Origin: the human T2T-CHM13v2.0 reference genome, Homo sapiens
Assembly (NCBI RefSeq): GCF_009914755.1
Contig: NC_060938.1
Length of the DNA stretch: 64,000 nt
Reading direction: 5' to 3' (one strand)
Made by a program: the position numbers and the translations under genes. The notes beneath the pieces were generated by a model. The model was given only the letters and a program-made list of their open reading frames with translations. It did not search any database and was not told where the DNA came from. Below, one piece after another: positions 37,550 through 57,770 of this stretch; positions within the stretch are counted from its first letter, which is position 1, and each line of letters starts with the position of its first letter.

Positions 37550-38232
37550 TGAGAAATAAAAATGATATCCTAAGCCCCAAGCAACTGAACAGACCTCCCC
37601 ATCCTGGTCAAGGGGACCCCAGAGAAACCTTGAGTGCCAGGCCATGACAGGATGGGAGGTCAGACACGCCTGGTTCTGCCCTCTCCCTCTCTAACTGCCT
37701 TGAGGGTTTCTTCCCTGAGGGCTGAACAAAAACCACTGTGGTTCCAACCGGCCCTGACACTGGCCCTCCCTTTCACAGTTCTGACAAAACAACCGATCAG
37801 CATTCCTTCCTGATAAGAGACCACCAACCTCAGAGTGCTTGTGGCCAGTCTACAAAGGATGCGCAGGGAGGGTTATTGTGTCCTCTGCTTCGTCTTTTGT
37901 CATCAGGTAGCTGAAAACTCCACTCTCAGATCAGGCCAACACTGCCATTTTTTGTACATGCAACAGACTTATGAAGGGACATGAAGCTCAACTTGGCATG
38001 TGCATGTTTCTCCTTTCGTGAATATTCACAGCTCCTCCTGTAGCTTATTCAATATGTATATTCAGTCACCCAGCTCAGCATATATTTCTGTTCCCTTTGC
38101 CCCTCCCTCGAAGTGTTTGTTTCTGGCTTCCACCTGGAGGCTGTGCTTCCCAGCCTATTGGATTGCCACCCTGCAGGATGCAACACTTTATGAGAAATAA
38201 GGCTGTCCTTTCTTCATCATCCTTCAGCTGAC
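37550..38232 (+). mobile_element. MER4-group solo LTR (MER39-like)
   Basis: TGAGAAATAAAAATGATATCCTAAGCCCC start, CCTGATAAGAGACCACC core, ends GCTGACA. Confidence 0.7.
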
Positions 38233-38779
38233 AGTATAATCGAGATTCCATATTGAGGATGTTCTATGCATTATTTATAGAAAAGTACATTCTGCAACAG
38301 CCACAAGCACCACTCTTTGGGGAGGCAGGAAGTTCAAGCTCAGCTAGTATTGGGGCCCTGCCCCTTGAGAGTTGTGTTGGACTGAGGAAAGTTCAGTGAT
38401 ACCCCATGCACAGGGAGAGGGAAAGTGTGACAGCCCCACTCTCAGCTCAGGCAGGGAGGTCCCCTGAAGTCCTGAGGCATCTGATTCAGCACCAGGCAGA
38501 GGGTGGCAGAGTTCACTCTGGAAGACAACCCCAGAACTTGTGGCCCAGCCCCCACTGTCCCACAACCTGCCCCTTCACCCTTGAAATCAAGAACTAGCAA
38601 GAAGGCTGGGTGAAGTGCCCCAGCATGGTGGCTCACGCCTGTAATCACAGCACTTTGGAAGGCTGAGGTGGGAGTATCACTTGAGGCTAGAAGTAGGAGA
38701 CCAGCATGAGCAACATAGCAAGACCCCATCTCTACAAAATTTAAAGAATGTAGCTGTAGTCCCAGCTACAGGCTGCGGT

Positions 38780-39502
38780 TGTTGTGGGAATCAGGAGACT
38801 GGAGAGACAGGTAGGTGGGACATGAGAATTTTATTGAGTGCACTCAGACCCAGTGGATTAACATCCAAAAACTGGGCCCAGAACAAAGACAGCACTTGAC
38901 TCATATACACACCTTTGAACGGGAGTGGGCTAGTTTGAAACAAGCTTACAGTGGCATGAAAGCAAGGATACAGAGACAGAACATAGGCAGTTAATCAAAT
39001 TGTGACAGGTGCATAACCCAGGGTTACATGTAATTCTTGCTATGCAGTCCAGATGGCTGTTATCTAGGCTTGCTTAAAAGAGCCTTGCACAGGCTTATCT
39101 CATAACCTTCGCTATGGGGCCCAGAAGGCCGCAGCCCAGGCCTGCTCAGGCATGTTGTATAACCTTCACTGTGCTGCTTAGATAAAACAGAATACTTGAA
39201 GTTTCTAGTTACAGAAAACAAGAATCTATAAATTCATAAAACTTGCAGAGCAAGGTACAATCACATGGAGGGGGTTGGGGTTCGAGGGGGAACTTTTTCT
39301 TATCCTTATGTTGAGGGAGTGCTGGGAGAGTCTCCAGAGCACACTCCTTTGAGCCTCTGCTTCTTTGATGATGTTATCAAGACTTCGTCTGGGTCTGGGC
39401 TTTGTCTGTTACTGCCTTTGGGATGAGTCAGCCTAATATAGAAAGCTTATTTTTCTCTTTTTAAAATTTTATTATTCTTTCTTTCCTTAATTTCCTGCCT
39501 CA
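38780..39502 (-). mobile_element. ERV1 solo LTR (HERV3/LTR4-related) inserted inside an Alu (~38605-38779 and 39503-39582)
   Basis: Minus strand TGAGGCAGGAAATT...CCCACAACA. The Alu GGCTGC(G/A)GTGAGC word is split with TSD CGGT/CAGT. Confidence 0.8.
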
Positions 39503-39805
39503 CAGTGAGCTATGATCACACCACTGCACTCCAGCCTGGGTGACACAGCAAGGCCCTGTCCAAAAAAAAAAAAAAAAAAAAATCTGTGAAGTGAGAAAGA
39601 TGAAGGCCCATGGGAGGAAGGGGGTGGGGAGGCCAGAACCTGAGGACCTTCTTTTTAAGTAGGGTGGCCCCAAGCTGGCTTTGCCCGGCTTCCCAGGTTC
39701 ATGCCCACTGTCACGTGAATGGGCACTCTCTCACTTCCGAAGGTGACCAGGTTTGGATGGTGAGTTTTGTCATCACTCTGCTCTTAGGCCATGGTGTGAA
39801 GTCAT

Positions 39806-40205
39806 GACTTTATCAAGTAGAGAGGGCTTAAGTGGAGGAGGGATGGGTGATTTACATTTTATAAAGTGCCCCGGGGGCTGGAGGGAGCTAGAGTGAAGGC
39901 CTGGGTATGAGCGACTCCAGGGGGACAGGGAGGGGAGTACCCGTCACTTAGGACCTCAGTCTGAAGTTCCCTGGCAGGTGTCCCCTTCACCTGCCCTTGA
40001 GCCTGGGGGCCTCCCTGCCTGGAGAGGCCCCAGCAACCCAGCCAAGCCTGACCTTGAGCAAGGCCTGGAGGCTGGATCTGAAATGGAGAAATTCCAGCAT
40101 TTCTCAGGTTGGCCAAGAAGAGATCAGGTTACCTTCTGGTCCAAAGACAGAAAGGGCTCCCTTTGGAAGGGGGAGCAGAGCCACAGCCTGATCTAGGGAC
40201 CCAGC
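39806..40205 (+). repeat. Old diverged direct duplicate of 21650-22005
   Basis: See shared words listed for 21650-22005. Confidence 0.7.
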
Positions 40206-40417
40206 TGGTGGTCAGGCCCAGTATGGGTGACAGGCCAAGCAGGCCTGGCAGTTCCCTGGGCCACCCTTGAGCCAGGCCTGGGACCAGGAGCTGGCGGGGC
40301 TGACCCGGCACCAGGACCCCCAGGAGCAAAGGCAGGGCCCAGACAAGAGGAGTGCAGGAGGTAAGGGACTTGGAGCGTGCCAGGCCTAGACTCCCGGGAT
40401 CCCTGTCTCGGTGGCAG

Positions 40418-42326
<1,909 letters not shown>

Positions 42327-44399
42327 CTGAAGCTTATAGTTTTTAATATTCTATAATTCCTGAAGTTTTCATAGTCTGCCTCTTTGCTTCTTATTTTTCA
42401 GGAAACAAGTTAGTAACTGAGGGGAAAAGCACCACGATCTCCCGGTGCGTTGTTTGCAAGAGTGCTTCAGCAGTCAGTGTCTTTCTTGTTGTTTGCCAGA
42501 TAAAGATATTTTGTCTGCATATCTGCATAGCTTAACAGTAACTCAGGTGCTGACGTAGAAGTAAAGCATGTGAGAATGCTTTTGGATCATACACTTTTCA
42601 CATAATAACAAATTTTTCTCGAATTGGTTTAACAGTATCGTTTTATGCTTTTTAAAATGTATCTTTGATATGAGTTGTTTGTCATTTGCACAAGTTAATG
42701 ATTTTACCTCCCCAGCTGCAACATATTTTTCAAATTTAGGAACCCAACTTAACCATCTGAACATCCTTCTTAAAAAAAATAAAGAAGAAAGCTCACAACT
42801 ATGCCTGTGATCTGAACTAGTTGATTTTGTTAACGGAATGTTATTTATATAGTGATGGTTAGAGAAGGCTCTGGTCATTTCTATTTATATTGTATGTGAT
42901 GTTTTACTAGAAAAACAAGTTTTACCTTAACATGAAAAAAATACATTTTAGAACCTAATGGCAAGTTCACCTCCGAAGAGGGCTAGGCGGGGACTGTACC
43001 CTGGGTTTTATCTCTTCCTCTCCCTCCTAGGACAGGTTGGGGGTTGGGATGCTTACTTTTGAAGCTGGAAACCCGGCTGACTCACTCCCCTCCTGACCTC
43101 TGTCTTCTGGGGTCCCTCCTGGCAAAGCCCTTATTCATCTCTCTAAGGGGGCATATCAAATGTGGGGAGGGGCCAGTGATGGGTGGGGAGCATCTTCCTG
43201 GTCTCAGCTGTCGTTGTCCAGAGCTGCCCCCTCCTCCTGCTGGAGCAGAGGAGAAACACAAGTTTGTTCACTGTCTGGATTGGGCTGTGCAGAGAAAGCC
43301 CAGGGAGAAGAAACAGCCTCCTGTTCCCACCACCACGACAGCAGAGAGCTGGGCCCCCATGACTGCAAGCTGGGAATTCCCTTAGCCCCCACCCCAACAG
43401 TCCTGCCCTTCTGACTCTCCACCTGCTTGTGCTGAGGAGGGCCTCTGGAGAGGTTTTGTGTCCTTGGATCCCAGTCCTTCTGGATATCAGGCCTCGATCC
43501 AAGAAAACATTCCCAAATAGCCGTTTCTGCCCTTAGATTCCCTGGAGGAACTCAGACACTCCCACTCAGATTCAAGTTTTCAGCTTAGAGTGCAGTGGGT
43601 TTCTGGCTGACTAGTCAATGTCAGGGATGGCCAGAGCCACATGGCCAGCTCCTGTGACCTTGCTTTCTGAGTGAGCATGGACGCACACAGGCACACATGA
43701 AATTAAAGCCCTACATGCTGGATTGTCCTGCTTTTCCTGTGTGTCAAATTTCTAGACTTTGTATGTCACACACACATTGTCTCAGTCCCTCCAGAGGCAA
43801 GGAAGGCTGCAAGAACTCCAAAGTGAACTTGCCAGCATCGAATACAACCACCTGTCAGAGCGCTCGGGGACCTGGAGGCCCCATTCACAGCCGATGGACC
43901 TGTGGAGCAGGGGCAGGCTGACTTGTGAGCTTGCGGGTGGGCAAACCTCAAGCCCTCCGCTGTTCTCTCCTCCTGGCTGTGGGCTCTGTCTGCTCAGCAC
44001 CACCAAGGAACGCCAGGCCAGGAATGAAAGTCAAGGAGGCTGCGACATTAATGACCCACAGTACGGGTGAGTCTTCTGCCTCTCCCAGTTATCCACAGAC
44101 TTCTGACCAATGTATTTGGTTTCTATTTGTATTATTCAGATTGCTGCTGATACTGAGAACTCATGGGGAGGGTTTAAAATTACATGTGTTTTCCTTTTCT
44201 GTGAAATGTATGCTCCTTTTGCCAGCTTTGAAAATTTTGTGAACCACATTAACAACCCGTCTATAAAATAACGGGGGAAAAGGAGAGAAAGAAGATAGTT
44301 TCTATGTGTACACATCCACATAACAAGGAAGAAACTGCTCATGGCTGCTACAGTCCTTGTCTCTGAAACTGATCATGAGGCCATGGTTGATTTTTATCA

Positions 44400-46640
<2,241 letters not shown>

Positions 46641-46679
46641 TTTTTAGATTTTTCTTCTTTCATTCCATGTTTTCTTTGC

Positions 46680-48330
<1,651 letters not shown>

Positions 48331-48566
48331 AGTTTGGGTTGTAGGAGAGGAGACAGTGCAGAGTGGGGAGGGGGAGACGCTGTCTATCAGTGCATTTTGA
48401 CAACTGCATTCGCTACATGGTCTACCGTCAAAGCCGCTGAAGACAAGAGTTTGGTCACATGTTTTCCTGTGGCAGTGCAGGGCTCACCAGCCTCCCAGCC
48501 TGCAGAGATAGCTTCTTGCTGCCGCTGACATCTGGGAGCTGGCCTGGCATCTACATTTAGGCCACG

Positions 48567-49935
<1,369 letters not shown>

Positions 49936-50225
49936 GGAGGTCTGTAGCTGCAGGTGCTGGCCCGGCCCCAGCCTGCTGCCTGGTGCTGAGGCCGCTTCTT
50001 TCTGGAAGCCAATGCTGTGGCAGTCGGGGTGCAGGAGGCAGAACCCCTGCAGGGAATTTAAGCAGGGCCGATTTACCAGATGTAACCGGGACTTACAAAG
50101 CTACCGGAAGGGTTGGAGGAGTCGGTTCTGGGCCTAGCCTCTGAGCATAACTTCCAGAATCAATTCGTTAAGCCGGTCCCAACTCCAGAGGGGACTGTAG
50201 GCAATGTGGGGGGACTGCATGCAAA

Positions 50226-50404
50226 GGATACAGACATATATATACACACATATGTACACTCACACATCTATGGGGTAAAGTGGCAGCCATGACAGTCCCT
50301 TCACCTGACTTGTCTAGAAATGCTCAGCTTCTGAGGCAGTGACCCTAGAGGGACAGAGTGCATCTGGGAGAAATGTGGAAGGGTCAGCTGAGTCCAGTGG
50401 GCTC
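50226..50404 (+). repeat. Third, ~180 bp copy of the duplicated segment
   Basis: Near-identical to 24581-24760 (direct) and 53027-53207 (inverted): CACATCTATGG..GTGGCAGCCATGACAGTC..TCTAGAAATGCTCAGCT..GGGAGAAATGTGGAAGGGTCAGCTG. Confidence 0.92.
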
Positions 50405-50924
50405 ACATGGAGAAAGATCAGGATCTGTGACTTCAGGGAAACGGGACGGGGTTCGGGGGCTAGGGGAGGTGGGCCTGGGTCCCGTGAGCACAGGTGGGTC
50501 CAGGGGTGGGTGTGGGAGGAGGCGGGCTGTGGAGGAATAGCTCACGCAGGGAGTTGGTGCATTTTCCCCAGTCGAGGTCTGACATACTGAGAGGCCGAGA
50601 CCCAGGCCAGCAAGGGAGCCCGGGACACTGCCGGTCCCATGGGAATCCCCAGCCTTTTCCCTGACAGCCCAATGCCCTGTCAGAGAACAGCAGGGCAGGG
50701 GACAGCTTTGGGACAAAGATTCACTATTGAGGCGTGGATGTGTCTCCACCCCCCACCCCCTCCCCTCTCCGACAGCAGCAGGCCTGGAGCCTCCAGGGCC
50801 ACTTGGGAAGGCAGGACTACAGGGAGAGGTGAGAAAATCAGCTTTTTTCCCCTCACACACCCCTTCTGGCACTGAAGAAGGTCGTCACTGGAGGTGTAAG
50901 GTGACACCACCATGCAGGAGAGGG

Positions 50925-51205
50925 GAGGCCTTCACCCAGGTTGCAGTGCAAAGGTGCAATCACAGCTCGCTGAAGCCTCAAGCTCCTGGGCTCAGGCGGT
51001 CCTCCCACCTCAGCCTCCTGAGTAGATGGGACTACAGGTGCTCACTACCGTGCCTGGGTAATTTTTTTTTTTTTTTTTAGTTTTTGTAAAGGTGGGAGTC
51101 TTGCTGTCTTAGCCAAGCTGGTCTCGAACTCCTGGCCTCAAGTGATTCTCCAGCCTCAGCCTCCCAAAATGCTGGGATTATAGGTGTGAGCCACTGCGAC
51201 TGGCC
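50925..51205 (-). mobile_element. AluJ-like element
   Basis: Reverse Alu, truncated tail. Confidence 0.85.
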
Positions 51206-51257
51206 TGCGCTGCACTTTTGAAAGCTCCAAAGGCTTACAGGTGTAAACGTTGAGGTT

Positions 51258-51787
51258 TGTGGTAGACAGTCTGCAGAAATGACCACCAGCTATTCCCCCT
51301 GCACACAAAAGCTGCAGCTCCCATAAGGAGGTGAGTCTATTTCCCGTCCCTTAGAATCGGACCTGGCTGTTGACTTCCTTTGAATAATAGAATGCGATAT
51401 TGTGTCAGCTCCAAGCCAAACCTTTAAAAGGACTGACAGTCTCCTCTTTTGTCCTCTTGCAACTCATCCACCACATAAATAAGCTCAAAGCTAGACTCCT
51501 GGATGACAAGAGAGGATGCAAAGAGAAAGAGAGAGTTTCCTAGCCCCAAGCTAATCCAGCCATCCCTGATGAGGCAGCAGCTGTGTGAGTGAACGCATGG
51601 ATATTCCATCCCCAGCTGGGCTCCTAGCTGAATGTAGGGCATGTGTGGCCTAAGCCAAAACCATGTAAACCAGAAGAACCATCCAGCTAAGCCCAGCCAA
51701 CACTCAGATTCATAAGAAATAATAAATCTTTTAAATTTAAGACTGCTAAGCCTTGGGTTCATTATATAGCAACAAATAATCAATACA
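51258..51787 (+). mobile_element. MLT1 MaLR LTR
   Basis: TGTGGTAGACAG..GAGTCTATTTCCC..AAGAACCATCCAGCT..TATAGCAAC..AATACA. Confidence 0.75.
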
Positions 51788-52366
51788 GAGTCCACAGCTC
51801 ACCAAGATTAGGAATCCAGGTAAAACATCTGCTGCTGTGGGCTGGGATCTCAAAAGTTGCATCCTGGAAGTGAAGGTAAACTAAGTAAATCAGCCTTCAG
51901 AGAGACTGAAACCCACTTTTAGGGAGATTTTTCAGGAAAATCTCAAGCCCTGAAATTAGATTAAGGTGCTCTTTTATTGTTAGTGCTTCCAGGCATCTGG
52001 ATGAAACCATTGAAATTCTTCTGGAGGAAGAGAATAACCCAAGTTTCAAGTTATTTCTACAGAGGATTTATCTAGTATATAATAAAAGATAAACAGGTCC
52101 ATACTGAATAAGATTTAAAAAAAAAAAAAATCCAAGCAACAACAAAACCAAACAGATAACAACAGACCCATAGAGACCCAAGATACTGGTTTAATAAGAC
52201 ACAACAGCTTTAAAACTGCTATGCTTAATTGATAAATGAACTGTAGATTAAACACAGGTGAAGAGAAATATCAATGAACTGAGAGATATAAGATACATTA
52301 TTCAGAACAGACCAAAAAAGTAATAAATAGAGAAGAGGGAGAAGAGACAAAGGTAGGGGAGTCTCA

Positions 52367-52760
<394 letters not shown>

Positions 52761-53231
52761 AGGGCCAAATAAAGACACTTGCAGCACAAAGGAGTTTGTC
52801 ACTAACATTTACACTAAAGCAAATTGTAAAGGAGGTGTTTTAAGCAAAAGGAATCAGGAACTGACATGGATTTCTGTCTGTCTTGCTGGGGCTGCAGCTG
52901 CTCCTGAATTTCCCTTCTTCATTACCTGCCCCCGTGGACATTCCACTCCAGCATCAGAGACGGAGACTCTTGCTTGAGTTCCACTTAGTAGACACGACCC
53001 GGACAAAGCAGTTGCAGTGTCTCAGGGAGCCCACTGGACGCAGCTGACCCTTCCACATTTCTCCCAGATGCAGTCTCTGTCCCTCTAGGGTCACTGCCTC
53101 AGGAGCTGAGCATTTCTAGACAAGTCAGGTGAAGAGACAGTCATGGCTGCCACTTTACACCATAGATGCGTGAGTGTACATATGTGTGTATATATATGTC
53201 CGTATCCTCAACGAGGGCCAAAGTATCCAGT

Positions 53232-53604
<373 letters not shown>

Positions 53605-54129
53605 TGAGCTATGTGCTGGAGGGAAAAAGAGGAGCTTTGTCTACTCTAAACCAGATCGTAGAGGTCTTTTGTTTGTCGCCCTTGGGGTTTTTCACCAAGA
53701 TGCCCTGGGCCTTTGGGATGAGCCGGATGGGCCTTTCCCGGACAGGCGGAGGAAGAAAGTTCAAGGTGAGCAGTGGGAGAAACTGCAGGCCCCCTGCTCC
53801 CAGGGGAAGGGGAGGTGGCCTTCAGGGGAGAGTCCATATGGGCGCCCAGAAACTGGAAACTGCGTCCCTGAAGGCTGCAAGCCCTCTGGACAGACAGGGT
53901 CACCCCCGAGTGAAGAGGGGCTTTGAAGACACATGGAAAAGGTGGTGAGTGGGGACTGAGTTGAAACCCAGGCCCTAAGTGGAAGAGCCTGCAGTTCCTA
54001 GGGTGCCTTCCTTCTTCCAGTCAATTCATCAATCAATCCACACCAAGTCAGTGCCTACCCCAGGGCAGACACTTGCGAGGCCCGAGGTCAGGAGGCCACA
54101 GGAGCCCCTTCCCCAACCTGAAGCCCTGG

Positions 54130-54970
54130 AGATGGCCTGGCTGGAGGGGACGACGGCCCGCAGCGGGGACCCGACTCACTTCTTCGTCCCCACCTGCCCT
54201 GGGGTCCGAAGGGAGCCGCGTGGGAAGCGGGGACGGGGAGCGTGTGGAGGGACCCCCGCGCTCCCGGGCCGACCCTCTGCGGCCTCTGCTCTGCGCAGTC
54301 CGTCCTCTTCTCCCGACCTGGCGTGCGTCTCCTGTTCCCCGGCCCCCCATCCCATGGGACCGTCCTTCCTAACGGCACTTCACCCCGCCCGGCCCACGAG
54401 GTGGTCCCGGGCCGGTGACAAGATCTGGACGTGGCGACTCCGGGAAGGGGCGACCGGGCGCGGAGAGCCCCTGGGACCCAGGCCTCAGGGACGCATCGGG
54501 GTCGGAGCTGGGCCCGGGGGCGGGGCTGGGGTGGGGAGGCTGAGGTTCCTTCGCCCCTTCCCTCCCCTCGCCCCCCGCAGCCTCGCGGCGCGTTTCCTGC
54601 CCCGCCCGCCAGGAGGGAGTGGCCCCCGCCAAGTCCCGCGCGTCTCTGCCAAGACCCCGTGCGGGTCCGTGCCGGTCGCGCTATCCAGGCGCCCGCCCAG
54701 GCTTGGGGAGCTCTGCGCGCGGGAGCCGGCGACTCCTCGGGGCACCAGGGCGTGGCGAGGGCGTCGGCCTCGGCGGGGAGGCCTTGGCTGGGCCGTCGGG
54801 GTGGCGCCGTGCCCTGGAGGTCGCGGCTGGAAGCGAGGCCGCGGGGGTCCAGGAGCGCTCATCGGGGCGCCAGATGCAGCCTGCGGGACGTCCAGTGCCC
54901 GCGCAGGGGCCGGGCGAGGCCGTGGCCTCCAGGCAACGCGCAGCCGCGTTGGCGCGAGTTTTAAATCGGT
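54130..54970. promoter_or_regulatory. CpG island (copy B)
   Basis: Very GC- and CpG-rich, GGGGCGGGG box ~54516. Confidence 0.8.
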
Positions 54971-55235
54971 GCCTTCCCAGCTTTGCAAGTTCTTATCAAT
55001 CGTTACATGCAAGAGGTAGTTTTTAAAAAATGGTTCCCCAGCTTTATTGCGGTGTAATTGATGGATATAAATTGTATTTATTAAGGGTGTACAGCTGGAC
55101 GATGGGATGGCGCACACAGGGTGGAGGGGTTACCACAGTCCTGTTTCCGTCGTGGTTTTACTTAAATTCAGTGTTACCTATGTGGTGTCCCTGGACACTC
55201 CCAGCAGCGAGAGTCCTGGTGGATGGCATCTCTTT

Positions 55236-55512
55236 CCCTTCTAACCATGGCCGGGGCCCTGGGTGACGTCCCTTCTAACCATGGCCGGGGCCCTGGGTGA
55301 CGTCCCTTCTAACCATGGCCGGGGCCCTGGGTGACGTCCCTTCTAACCATGGCCGGGGCCCTGGGTGACGTCCCTTCTAACTAGGTCCGGGGCCCTGGGT
55401 GACGTCCCTTCTAACTAGGTCCGGGGCCCTGGGTGATGTCCCTTCTGACCACGGACGGGGGCCTGGGTGATGTCTCTTCTAACCATGGCCAGGGGCCTGG
55501 GCGATGTCCCTT
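55236..55512 (+). repeat. 34-bp minisatellite, 8 copies
   Basis: Unit CCCTTCTAACCATGGCCGGGGCCCTGGGTGACGT starting at 55236, 55270, 55304, 55338, 55372, 55406, 55440, 55474. Confidence 0.95.
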
Positions 55513-56363
55513 TGGGCTTCGTTTGCATTTCCCTGCTGACTGAAGACGGCTTTTGTGCAGGTCCTATTTTTTTCTGTCTTTCCGTATGGAAATTGTGAAG
55601 ACCACCCAAATGAGGACCACGGGCCTCTTAATTCAGGGCCTGTGGAGCAGCGGCCTGGGCCCCTCCCTTGGGTGTGGCAGAGGCCAGCAGGCGGGCAGGT
55701 GGGAGGGCTTTAGAAGGGAAACCGGGAGGCTCAGGCAGGCTCCGATAGAGGTGGGGGGCTGGGTGAGGGGCCTCCCAGGTGCTGTGCTTGGGGAACTTGG
55801 TCTGCTTTCCTGGTTTGTGTAATTTGGTCCCACCGAGGCAGGCCACAGACTGGGGGGGTGTCATCCTTGCCCAAGCCCTGACCACCCCGCAGTAGCAGCT
55901 GGAAGGGTGTGGTGGGAGACTCCGGTCTCCAGCTCTGGCTGTTGTCCCTTTCTAGACTCAGCCTCTCCTTTGTGTCTCTAGAGGCGGGAATTTTTGCTAT
56001 TTTTCCATGTGTTTCATTGAGCCACAGTCACCTGTTTTGACATTGTCCCTGAATGTGACCAGCAGAGCCTTGGAGTGAATTCTGACTCCCTCTAACCTGC
56101 CCTCCTGAGTCTCCGGGCACCGCCCCGGCTTCTGGGCAACGCAGCAGCCCCAGCTCCTTTGTGACTTTCCCCCAAGACCGTGCAGCGGGAAGGGTCTTCG
56201 GAAACCAGCCACTGCAGGCGGCTGTGCTCGGCATACCCGAGGGCTTGAGGCTTCTAGGCCATGCAGTGGACAGAGTTGGAAAGTACAGACTTGTTTTGGT
56301 ATGTCAGTGTTAGGTTTTCATTAGGAATGGCATTATAAACTTTATTTTAAATATGTAGAGGCA

Positions 56364-56783
56364 GGCCAGGTGCAGTGGCTCAGGCCTGTAACTTCAGCAC
56401 ATTGGGAGCCTGAGGCAGGAGGATAGATTGAGCCCAGGAGTCTGAGACCAGCCTGAGCAACATAGGGAGACCCCGTCTCTGCAAAAAATAAACTTAGCCC
56501 AGTGTGGTGATGCATGCCTGTAGTCCCAGCTACTTGGGAGGCTGAGGTGGGGCAGGAGGGATGTGGGGGAATCCCTTGAGCCTGGGAGGTTGAGTGTCAA
56601 GGCCACAGTGAGTTGTGACCACTGCACTTCAGCCTGGGCCACAGGAGGAGTCCCTGTGTCCAAAAGAAAAAGAAAAGAAAAGAAAAGAAATGGGGTTCTT
56701 GCTATGTTACCCAGGCTGGGCTGGAGGAATCCTCCCACCTCGGACTCCCAAAGTGCTGGGACTATAGGTGTGATCCTCGCCTG
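56364..56783. mobile_element. AluJ (+) followed by a reverse Alu monomer
   Basis: Alu arms, (GAAAA)n tail, then reverse left-arm fragment 56690-56783. Confidence 0.85.
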
Positions 56784-57271
56784 ACCGAAATCTAACATTT
56801 TTACTTCTTTCATAGTTCTATTACCTTATTTGCTGACAACTTCGAGTCGTAGTATTTTTGTCTATCTTATATCCATGAGTTTCAGATTTGTGTCAAAATT
56901 ATTAAATCAACTCTGAAATGACCTTTATAATTTGCAGTTCTTTGTGCCTTGGAATATATCTAAGAATGATTAGAACAGCAAATGTTATAGACAGGTAAAT
57001 AGAACAACAGAAGAGGGTAGATAGAAGATGCCACCACTGGTCCCGTTATTTCCCACAGTATTAGAGCTCCTTGCAAAAACTGTGGTGTAGGGATTGAAGC
57101 GGGAGGGAAAAAAAATCCCATTTTTTTGGAAGATAATCTTACAGACCGAAAAAACAAAACCCACCGGACAAACCTTTAGAGAGAACAGTTCATCTTTTTC
57201 CTTTACTAGGCTGGGCAGCAGCTTGCCCCTGCCAATCTAGAAACTTCCATCCTTCAAGAATGGGAAATCTC

Positions 57272-57770
57272 AGGCTGGGCCCGGTGGCTCATGCCTGTAA
57301 TCCAAACACTTTGGGAGGCCGAGGTGGGTGGATTGCCTGAGCTCAGGAGTTTAAGACCAGTCGGGGCAACATGGTGAAACCCCGTCTCTACTAAAAATAC
57401 AAAAAAAAAAAAATTAGCCTAGCTTGGTGGTGCATGCCTGTAATCCCAGCTACTTGGAAGCCTGAGGCATGAGAATCGCTTGAACCCGGGAGGTGGAGGG
57501 AGACTTCAGTGAGCTGAGATCACGCCACTGCATTCCAGCCTGGGTGGCAGAGCGAGACTCTGCCTCAAAAAAAAAAAATTAGCTGGGCGTGGTGGCACAT
57601 GCCTGTAATCCCAGCTACTCGGGAGGCTAAGGCAGGAGAATTGCTTGAACTCGGGAGGCGGAAGTTGCAGGAAGGAAGTGCAATGAGACGAGATTATGCC
57701 ATTGCACTCCAGCCTGGGCAACAAGAGCGAAACTCTATCTCAAAAAAAAAAAAAGAAGAAGAAAAGAAAA
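57272..57770 (+). mobile_element. Alu plus an extra right arm (three-arm structure)
   Basis: Full Alu followed by a second right arm, flanked by GAAATCTC on both sides. Confidence 0.88.

Noticed and set aside
53640-53950. First exon of the Sec6-like unit (VFC..FFTK resembling the TNFAIP2 N-terminus; GTGAGT donor ~53945)
   Set aside because: The match is too short and the donor is not conserved in copy A, so it is not supportable without an alignment.
53979-55019. 346-aa ORF and its inverted counterpart 22725-23555 as real genes
   Set aside because: Frames are not preserved between the copies and are expected in CpG-island DNA. The Sec6-like signal is spread over several frames.
55236-55512. 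CRISPR-like array
   Set aside because: Head-to-tail 34-bp units with no unique spacers, in eukaryotic DNA with no cas genes. It is a minisatellite.
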